From Ostreococcus lucimarinus (lineage: Eukaryota): DNA of 64,000 nucleotides. How positions within the stretch are numbered: the first letter of the stretch is position 1; the number at the start of each line of letters is the position of its first letter. Positions 21,472-28,491 of the stretch are shown piece by piece. The notes beneath the pieces are model-generated. The model saw only the letters and a program-made list of their open reading frames with translations. It ran no database searches and had not been told where the DNA came from. A program made the position numbers and the translations under genes. The DNA lies in assembly GCA_000092065.1 (NCBI GenBank), contig CP000583.1. One strand, 5' to 3'.

Positions 21472-22587
21472 CTAATACAACGCATCTACTTTAGTGCCAC
21501 GCACCCACCACGGTTCGAACGCTCGAATGATCGTGCCGCTCGGGCCGAGCGCGCAGTCGCGCTTGATGTGCATCTCTGAGGCTTGCAAACCGAGATATTC
21601 GCTCGGTTTCTGCACCCTCACCTCGCCATCGTCGCCCGGAGCGCGGTACAGCGTCTCACCTACCAAAGGAGCACTCAAAGCCGCGAATTGCGCGCGAATT
21701 TGATGCGTTCGTCCGGTTAAGAGTTCCACCTTTGTCTCCCATCGCGCCGGGGCGATGTTTTCGCTCTTCAACACTCGCAAAATACAGCGCTTCGGCCCAC
21801 TCACGCCTCCCCGCTCGCCACCACCGCGTTCTGCCGATCGTTCTATTTCACCATCGATGTCGTCGGTGTCGACCTTCGTCATGATCATCTTTCGCGGACC
21901 CTCGGTCGCCGGCTCGGCGTCGTGGATGTGAACGCCGCGAGGCACGGCGTTCTCCGTCAGCACGCGATACACCTTGGTGACGCTCCTGTCCGCCAACATA
22001 TCACCGAACTCCTTCGCAAAGGCACTCGTCGTACCGAGCACTAAAACCCCTTCCGTGCCGACGTCCAAGCGATGAATCGGCTTTAATGTTCCCTCCTTCA
22101 GACCCGCGGCGCGTTCGAGCATCGCCAGACACGATTCCTTGACGTTATCGACCGTCGGCACCACGCTCACGCCCGCCGGTTTATGCGCACAAACGTACCC
22201 CTCACCCACTTTCAACACGCACGCCTTCCAATCGACCGCGAACGCCGCCGGAAACCGCTTCGGTTGCACGTGAACGCGAAGATAGTTGCCCGCCCGCAGC
22301 GGCGCATCCGCGTCGCGAGGCGACAACCGCCTCGCGCGCGCCGTTCTCGGCACCCCTCTCAGTTCCCTCGGCGGCTGCGCCGTCGCGAACCACACCGCAC
22401 CGATGTCCAACAACTCTTCGGCGTACGTCTCGTCCACGCCCTCGTCCCCGAGCGTCTTCGCGAGGTATTTCGTCACCGTCAGCGCCGTCCCGGTCCCGCC
22501 GTCGTCGTCCACGACCAGGTGCGCCACTTTCGCCGGCAGAGGCTCGGCGAGAGGAAACAACCGCAGCGCGCACGCGCGCGCCGACAT
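21472..22587 (-). CDS. RluA-family pseudouridine synthase (bacterial-type rRNA/tRNA pseudouridine synthase)
   Basis: Catalytic motif IHRLDVGTEGVLVLGTT. ATG at 22587 (MSARACALRLFPLAEPLPAKV...; cat at 22585-22587 checked). I counted 371 aa to the stop at 21472. Confidence 0.8.
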   Translation of the reverse strand: MSARACALRLFPLAEPLPAKVAHLVVDDDGGTGTALTVTKYLAKTLGDEGVDETYAEELLDIGAVWFATAQPPRELRGVPRTARARRLSPRDADAPLRAGNYLRVHVQPKRFPAAFAVDWKACVLKVGEGYVCAHKPAGVSVVPTVDNVKESCLAMLERAAGLKEGTLKPIHRLDVGTEGVLVLGTTSAFAKEFGDMLADRSVTKVYRVLTENAVPRGVHIHDAEPATEGPRKMIMTKVDTDDIDGEIERSAERGGGERGGVSGPKRCILRVLKSENIAPARWETKVELLTGRTHQIRAQFAALSAPLVGETLYRAPGDDGEVRVQKPSEYLGLQASEMHIKRDCALGPSGTIIRAFEPWWVRGTKVDALY

Positions 22588-22746
22588 CGTCGCCCTCGAC
22601 GCGCGTCGCAAAGCCACCGTCGCGCGTCGCAAGGCCAGCGCGATGCGCATGGGACAAAAAGTGCTTTTCCGCAAATGTTCGCGCGCGCGAATGACGCGCT
22701 GACGCGAGCGCCGCCGGCGCGAAAGCGCGTCGAACGATGCGTGACG
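22588..22746. promoter_or_regulatory. 159-bp bidirectional promoter between the RluA-type pseudouridine synthase (-) and the RsmE methyltransferase (+)
   Basis: Start codons at 22587 (minus) and 22747 (plus) face outward. Confidence 0.55.
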
Positions 22747-23580
22747 ATGCGTAATCGCATTCTCTTCGAGCGCGCCGAGATCGACGCCCGAACGCGGACG
22801 GTGACGCTGCGCGCGGACGACGCGCGCGCGACGCACGCGCGAGAGGTGCTGCGAAGCGACGTCGGCGACCACGTGCGCGCGGGAACGATCGACGTCGGCG
22901 CGTGCGAGGCGACGATCGCGACGATGGATGATGATGAAATCGTGCTGAAGCTCGGAGACGACGCGCGCGGACGCGGGAGGCCGGAGATCGACTTGTTGCT
23001 CGCGACGCCGCGGCCTAAAGTTTTGAGGCGGCTGTGGGCGCCGCTCGCGTCGCTGGGCCTCGGTCGTGTCGTGCTGGCGAACGCGCAAAAGGTGGAGCGA
23101 TATTACTTTGATAGTAAAGCGTTGGACGCAGAGACGATTCGTGGGGAGATATTGCGCGGTTTGGAGCAGGCGGGGGATTTTTTGGTGCCGCAAGTGGGCG
23201 TGGCGATGCGGTTGCCGCCGGTCGTGGACCGGTTGAAGGGCGCTTTGGGGAATTCGAGCGTCACGAATGGGTTCGAGTGGTTGTTGGATGGACCACGTGA
23301 GCTCGGTTGGGATGAGTTCGACGCGGCCGATGTGCGCTTGCTGGCGCATCCAGGGGATTCTGGGACGAGCGTGGCGGAAGCGTTGGAGGGCGTCGACGCG
23401 CGGCGCTCGCGCGTGCTCATCGCCGTCGGACCCGAGGGCGGATGGACGGATTATGAGCTCGATTTATTCGAGGGCGCCGGGTTCAAGCGCGTTGGCCTAG
23501 GAACGAGAACATTTACCACGGACGTGGCGTGTATCTCGCTCGTGAGCGCGGTTCGAGAGCGGTTGCAGTCGTGGTCGTGA
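22747..23580 (+). CDS. RsmE-family 16S rRNA (uracil-N3)-methyltransferase (DUF558)
   Basis: MRNRILFERAEIDARTRTVTLRADDARATHAREVLR...RVLIAVGPEGGWTDYELDLFEGAGFKRVGLGTRTFTTDVACISLVSAV is the RsmE architecture. ATG at 22747 and TGA at 23578-23580. The upstream part of track ORF 22183.. is antisense to the neighbouring gene. Confidence 0.8.
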   Translation: MRNRILFERAEIDARTRTVTLRADDARATHAREVLRSDVGDHVRAGTIDVGACEATIATMDDDEIVLKLGDDARGRGRPEIDLLLATPRPKVLRRLWAPLASLGLGRVVLANAQKVERYYFDSKALDAETIRGEILRGLEQAGDFLVPQVGVAMRLPPVVDRLKGALGNSSVTNGFEWLLDGPRELGWDEFDAADVRLLAHPGDSGTSVAEALEGVDARRSRVLIAVGPEGGWTDYELDLFEGAGFKRVGLGTRTFTTDVACISLVSAVRERLQSWS

Positions 23581-23624
23581 AATGACTAGAATTGACGACT
23601 ACAAATTAGATAGCGCACTTAGGC

Positions 23625-24380
23625 TTAGGACATCGAAAAGACGATGTACAGCGTGTAAAGCATCATGCAAGGATACGTCACGATCATGCGTTTGCCCTCC
23701 GACTGCGGCATCGCCTGTATCAACCCCACGCTCGCCTTTCTCGAGCTCCACGTCACGCAGAGCACCGCGAGCGCCTTGCTCAACATCCCAGTTTTCGAAG
23801 GTAAAAACAGCACGATCCCACTGTACCCCACCACGGGCAGCAGCGCGTAGCCTAAAATACTCCCGCACCGGTTCAACCCGATCCCTTCCCCTCCGCCGAT
23901 GATTTGGTTCAACAACCAGTACATCCCGAGCGACGCGAGCGTGCTCCAACCCAAAATGTACCCAAAGTGCAACTTCCCCGCCAGTAAGTTACACGCGCCC
24001 ATGACGAGACAAAACAACAGCGGTCCCGCGAGATCTTCATCCGTGCTATCCTCGACCCTGAACGGATGCATCACACCCATCGTCCGACGATAAATCTGCT
24101 TCGGATCCACGCCGAGTTCCTCGAGCAACGGCACCTCGTCCTCGACGTGCGCGTACGACCCTCCCACGTCGCCGTCGCGCGCCCCGAACCCGAACCCACC
24201 GCCCTGGTGTCCCGAGCCGTGTCCACCACCCCCCCCGTACCCGTGCGAGCCCGAACTCGTCGCTCGCGGCGCGTACGCGTCGTAGTTCGGGTACGCCTGC
24301 GCGCGATTAAAATCCATAAACTGCATGTTCGCGTTCGCGCCCTGCGCGCCCTGCGGCATCGGTCGCGGTATGTCCGCCAT
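23625..24380 (-). CDS. Yip1-domain Rab-GTPase-interacting membrane protein (YIPF5/Yip1-like)
   Basis: Gly-rich N-terminus followed by DEVPLLEELGVDPKQIYRRTMGVMHPFR...DLAGPLLFCLVMGACNLLAGKLHFGYILGWSTLASLGMYWLLN...VTYPCMMLYTLYIVF, which aligns with YIPF5 along its length. ATG at 24380 (MADIPRPMPQG...) checked. Confidence 0.8.
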   Translation of the reverse strand: MADIPRPMPQGAQGANANMQFMDFNRAQAYPNYDAYAPRATSSGSHGYGGGGGHGSGHQGGGFGFGARDGDVGGSYAHVEDEVPLLEELGVDPKQIYRRTMGVMHPFRVEDSTDEDLAGPLLFCLVMGACNLLAGKLHFGYILGWSTLASLGMYWLLNQIIGGGEGIGLNRCGSILGYALLPVVGYSGIVLFLPSKTGMLSKALAVLCVTWSSRKASVGLIQAMPQSEGKRMIVTYPCMMLYTLYIVFSMS

Positions 24381-24587
24381 ATCTCGCCGTTCCGTCGCGC
24401 GCGCGTCCGCGTCGCCCGAGACGCGCGTCGCGGTCGCCCGTCGCGCGTCGCGGTGCGTCGCCAACGGGACGCGGCGCGCGCGTCTCGGGCGACGCGAGTC
24501 TCACACACGGACCACGACGCCCGCGACCGCGCGCGGTCTCCTCGCGACCCGCGCGCGCGTTCTCTTCGCGACGCGCGCGACGCGAAC

Positions 24588-25243
24588 ATGGTGCGTGACC
24601 TCGAGCGAGCGACGAAAGACGACGCGAGCGCGAACGACGCGCGCGCCGGTGGCGCGCGACGGCCGGGACGCGCGTCGGGCGGACGCGCGCGGACGGAACG
24701 ACCGCGGACGAGACGCGGCGATCGCGACGACGCGCGCGCGCGTTCGAGGGCGGTCGCGCGCGATGCGATCGTCGCGCGCGCGGTCGGCGCGCGCGGATGA
24801 AGGGTGGATATCGTGAATTCGACGCCGGCGCGGCGCGCGGCGGCGACGGCGGCGGTGGGAGGGCGACGGGCGGGCGATGGGGGGGCGCGGCGCAAGCCCT
24901 AGAGTCGACGACGGCGCGAACGCGACGCGCGGAGGACTGACCGAGACGTTTTATCGACGCAGCCGTCCAACAAGACTTTCAAGGTGAAGAAGATTTTGGG
25001 GAAGAAGCAAAAGCAAAACCGCCCGCTTCCCCAATGGATCCGCATGCGCACGGGTAACACCATTCGGTACGTACGCGTTTAGGTTTTTTCGCGCGACGAG
25101 CGCCGACGAGTCGCGCGAACGACGCGATCGATGACGCGATTTTGACGACGACGACGCGCGAGTACTGACGATGATGATGTGTTCGTACGCGCAGCTACAA
25201 CGCGAAGCGTCGACACTGGAGACGCACCAAGCTCAACTTGTAA
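24588..25243 (+). CDS. RPL39: 60S ribosomal protein L39e, three exons: 24588..24590 (ATG only), 24963..25066, 25195..25243
   Basis: ATG is followed directly by donor GTGCGT at 24591. Acceptor ...cgacgcag precedes 24963. Exon 2 encodes [35 protein letters not shown] plus 2 nt, with donor GTACGT at 25067. Acceptor gcgcag precedes 25195. Exon 3 encodes (R)[15 protein letters not shown] followed by stop TAA at 25241-25243. The spliced 51-aa product matches eL39 nearly residue for residue. No track ORF covers it. Confidence 0.85.
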
Positions 25244-25591
25244 GCGAGCGCGGTGGGATTTGTGTAGACGAACGAGCAGAGTCGTGTTCGACGTCGGCGC
25301 TCTCGAGCGGAATAGCGTTCTGTAGTGGAACTCGCGCGAGGGCACGAACGGAGATGAGACGAACATCGCACGTAACTTAGCGATTTAAGAAGCAGAATTA
25401 GTTCTTCCTCATCGCGTCGCGCGACGCCGACGCGTCCGCCCGCCCGCGCCGTCGTCTCGTCCCCCGAACGCGCCCTCGCGCGCGCGACGACGTCACGACG
25501 CGCGCGCGACCGCACTCCCATCACTCGCAGTATTATTTCGTATTATTTCAATCTTCATCCATCGCGATCCCGCTTCGCGCGCGATCTCGTC

Positions 25592-25924
25592 TCAACCGTC
25601 GGCGCCTTCGCTCGCGCATCCGTCCCCCTCCCGCGTCGACGTCGCGTCCCCCTCGCGCGCGCCTCGCTCGTCCGGTTCCCTCGCGCTGTCCTCCGTCGTC
25701 CCCTCCCCCATCGCGCGCCCCTCGCTCCTCGTCGCCGCCGTCCCGCCCGCGTCCCGCCGCCGCGCCTCCTCCGCGCTCTTCCGCATCGCCCAATCCGCGC
25801 TGTCGAAGTGTTTCACGTCCGTCGCGATCAACCGCGGTTTCGGTCGCAGATCGTCGCCGTACTTCGCCCTGAACGCGCGCTCCGCCTCCGTCGCCGCCGT
25901 CGCCGCCGTCGCCTCCCGCGCCAT
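25592..25924 (-). CDS. endosulfine/ARPP-19-like small protein (putative Greatwall-kinase substrate / PP2A-B55 inhibitor)
   Basis: In-frame segment of track ORF 25592..28027. ATG at 25924 (MAREATAATAATEAERAFRAKYGDDLRPKPRLIATDVKHFDSADWAMRK...). It parallels the ENSA core EAKLKAKYPSLGQKP...KGQKYFDSGDYNM, including the FDSGDY-type phospho-site motif. The tail is acidic, Gly-rich and disordered. Confidence 0.5.
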   Translation of the reverse strand: MAREATAATAATEAERAFRAKYGDDLRPKPRLIATDVKHFDSADWAMRKSAEEARRRDAGGTAATRSEGRAMGEGTTEDSAREPDERGAREGDATSTREGDGCASEGADG

Positions 25925-26701
25925 GTCGCGCGTCGCGCGATGCGCGCGATCGCGCGACGCGCGCGCGGCGCCATCCGACGTGGCGGGGCGCGCGCGACGG
26001 ATTCGCGCCGCGCGACTGTTTGCGCATACGACAGAGGGTTCGTCTCGAGTCGCGAACGGTCGACGCACGCGCTCGCGCCGGCGCGCGCGAAACGACGAAT
26101 CGTGACTCGTGACTCGATAAACGACGAATCGTGACTCACGACTCGATGGCCGGCGTCCATACGTACCCCCCGACTCTTGAGTCACGATCGGTCGTTTCAC
26201 AACCCTCGACACGAGGCTCGAATCCGCCGGCGTCGACGTCCGCGCGCGACGCGCGACCGACCGCGCGCGCGACGCGAGATCGCGGCGCGTTCGCGCGACG
26301 AGCGACGCGCTCGAGCGCGTCGACGTCGGCGTCGCGCGCCGAGCGAAAGCGCCGCGCGCGCGCGCGAACGCGGCGACGCGACGGACGCGAATCATCGATC
26401 GCGGGCGTCGATCGCGCGATTCGTCGCGGCGATCGATCGACCGATCGCGGGCGCGGACGCGCGCGAAGACGCGCGGGAGGGCGCACGCGCGGGCGCGGGA
26501 CGCGGGATGCGCGCGGCGGTGACGCGGGCGACGCCGGGGGGGCGCGCGGGCGAGGCGAGCGGGCGGGGGGGAGGGAGGGCGCGCGCGGGGACGCGCGGGA
26601 CGCGGGCGACGCGGGGACGCGCGCGATTCGTGGCGACGCGCACGAGCGGTAGCGTGGGGGACGCGGAAGCGCAGGAGGGAGATGAGCCGGACGTGAACGA
26701 T

Positions 26702-28432
26702 ATGTTCGCGGCGGCGGCGAATGAAATGCAGGCGTCGGAACGATTGGAGCGGGACATTCCGGAGTCGATGACGGTGAGGAAGTCGGCGCCGAGGACGATG
26801 GCGTCGTTCGACGGCGCGGACGAGGATGATGAGGGGAACACTGTGTTGGAAACCGTTCTCGATGTCGCGCGCGATCCGGAGAAGGTCATCAAGGGCGTTG
26901 CCGCGGCGGTGACGTTGGGGACGGCGTACACGGTGGCGAGCGAGCCGGCCTTGGCCGCGGGAGGGGCGGCGGCGGCGCTCCTCGTCATCAAGGTTCTCGA
27001 AGCGTTGGCGAAGGAGGGAGATCAAACTCCGGCTGAATTCCAAGCGTCGCTTAAGAAGGATATCAAACCGTTGATGGAAAAGTTGCCGAAAGATTTCGAC
27101 GCGGAGGCGCTCACGAAGAAGGCGTCGGAGACCGGGGCGAAACTCTTTGAAAGGGCGCAGTCGGTGACTGATTCTTTCGATGAGGTGTTTGGTGGGTTGA
27201 ACTTTGGTGGCGACGCAGACGATGAAGCCGAAGCCGCGGCTTCCAAGTTGCTTGAAATCCGTAGGGCGGACGAGAAGGCTGCGTTGGAAGCGCAAGCCGC
27301 CGAAGACGCCGCGGCGTCGTTCGCCGAAACCGAGGCCAAGGCCAAGGCTGACGCTGCCGCCGCCGCCGCCGCCGCCGCCGCTGAAGCCAAGGCGAAGGCT
27401 GACGCCGAAGCCGCGAAGATTGCCGCCGAAGCCAAGGCGAAGGCTGACGCCGAAGCCAAGGCGAAGGCTGACGCCGAAGCCGCGAAGATTGCCGCCGAAG
27501 CCAAGGCGAAGGCTGATGCCGAAGCCAAGGCGAAGGCTGATGCCGAAGCCAAGGCGAAGGCTGACGCCGAAGCCGCGAAGATTGCCGCCGAAGCCAAGGC
27601 GAAGGCTGACGCCGAAGCCAAGGCGAAGGCTGACGCCGAAGCCAAGGCGAAGGCTGACGCCGAAGCCGCGAAGATTGCCGCCGAAGCCAAGGCGAAGGCT
27701 GATGCCGAAGCCAAGGCGAAGGCTGACGCCGAAGCCAAGGCGAAGGCTGACGCCGAAGCCGCGAAGATTGCCGCCGAAGCCAAGGCGAAGGCTGACGCCG
27801 AAGCCGCGAAGATTGCTGCTGCCAAGGCGAAGGCTGACGCCGAAGCCAAGGCGAAGGCTGATGCCGAAGCTGCGAAGGTTGCCGCTGCCAAGGCAAAGGC
27901 TGATGCCGACGCCGAAGTTAAGGCGAAACGCGCGGCTGAAGCTGAAGCCAAGAAGCGCTCGCAAGAGGAAGCCGAACAGAAGGTTGCGCAACAAGTGATG
28001 GCGGCACAGAAGGTGGCGAAGAAACAAGAAGAGTGGGAGAACTCTTTGCTAAAATTGCAGTACAGCGAGCAGATCATTGAAGATATTCGCGTCGCGGACG
28101 CAAACGCGGTTGAACGCGCGCATGCGCGTCGCCTCGGATTGGATTTCACCCCAGAAGTGGCAAAACAAATGCCAGGAACCGAGTACTCTTGGGGCTCGCA
28201 GACGAACGTCAAACCTGGTGAAGTGATCAGCGCTTTGAACTCCGCCGATGAAGGTTTTGCGTCGTCGAAGAACCGCGCTCGTTCGGCGCTCGGATTGCCG
28301 CAGAAAGACGACCAGCCGGTGGCGGAGAAGCAAGAGCCGTGGTGGGCGACTTTCATAAGAGTTTTCGTGAACATGTTGATCGCTGCCGCCATCGCTGCGT
28401 TCACGTACTTGGTCGTTCGTAGCATGCTGTAA
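26702..28432 (+). CDS. tail-anchored coiled-coil protein with ([11 protein letters not shown] / AEAAKIAA)n repeats and a C-terminal TM helix
   Basis: Coding-like part of track ORF 26177..28432, from ATG 26702 (MFAAAANEMQASERLERDIPESM...). The repeat block is about 27340-27900 (27-nt period with 24-nt variants). The C-terminus WWATFIRVFVNMLIAAAIAAFTYLVVRSML is a terminal TM helix. The 5' 525 nt of the ORF are GC-rich and probably UTR. Confidence 0.6.
   Translation: MFAAAANEMQASERLERDIPESMTVRKSAPRTMASFDGADEDDEGNTVLETVLDVARDPEKVIKGVAAAVTLGTAYTVASEPALAAGGAAAALLVIKVLEALAKEGDQTPAEFQASLKKDIKPLMEKLPKDFDAEALTKKASETGAKLFERAQSVTDSFDEVFGGLNFGGDADDEAEAAASKLLEIRRADEKAALEAQAAEDAAASFAETEAKAKADAAAAAAAAAAEAKAKADAEAAKIAAEAKAKADAEAKAKADAEAAKIAAEAKAKADAEAKAKADAEAKAKADAEAAKIAAEAKAKADAEAKAKADAEAKAKADAEAAKIAAEAKAKADAEAKAKADAEAKAKADAEAAKIAAEAKAKADAEAAKIAAAKAKADAEAKAKADAEAAKVAAAKAKADADAEVKAKRAAEAEAKKRSQEEAEQKVAQQVMAAQKVAKKQEEWENSLLKLQYSEQIIEDIRVADANAVERAHARRLGLDFTPEVAKQMPGTEYSWGSQTNVKPGEVISALNSADEGFASSKNRARSALGLPQKDDQPVAEKQEPWWATFIRVFVNMLIAAAIAAFTYLVVRSML
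27340..27900 (+). repeat. coding tandem repeat array (27-nt units gccgaagccaaggcgaaggctgacgcc, interspersed with 24-nt gccgaagccgcgaagattgccgcc units)
   Basis: Direct repeats visible in the sequence. Antisense track ORFs 25592..28027 (upper part), 27022..28479, 27111..27896 and 27204..27998 are artefacts of the repeat. Confidence 0.85.
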
Positions 28433-28491
28433 ATTTCGCGCATAAGGACACATTTAATGAGCAAACTTGATCTTATCATTACACTTCTCGT

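Noticed and set aside
21505-21525. tRNA T-loop-like GGTTCGAAC string
   Set aside because: Lies inside the well-supported pseudouridine-synthase CDS with no flanking acceptor or anticodon stem complementarity. No convincing tRNA cloverleaf was found by eye anywhere in the window.
27340-27900. Regularly spaced 27-nt direct repeats that superficially resemble a CRISPR array
   Set aside because: The repeats are contiguous with no unique spacers, are in-frame coding sequence of a eukaryotic gene, and the locus is eukaryotic nuclear DNA.
25592-28027. 811-aa minus-strand ORF of GFGVSLRLG repeats
   Set aside because: It is the antisense of the ([11 protein letters not shown])n coding repeat of the plus-strand gene. 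Only its 3' terminal 110 codons (25592-25924) look like a real, separate gene.
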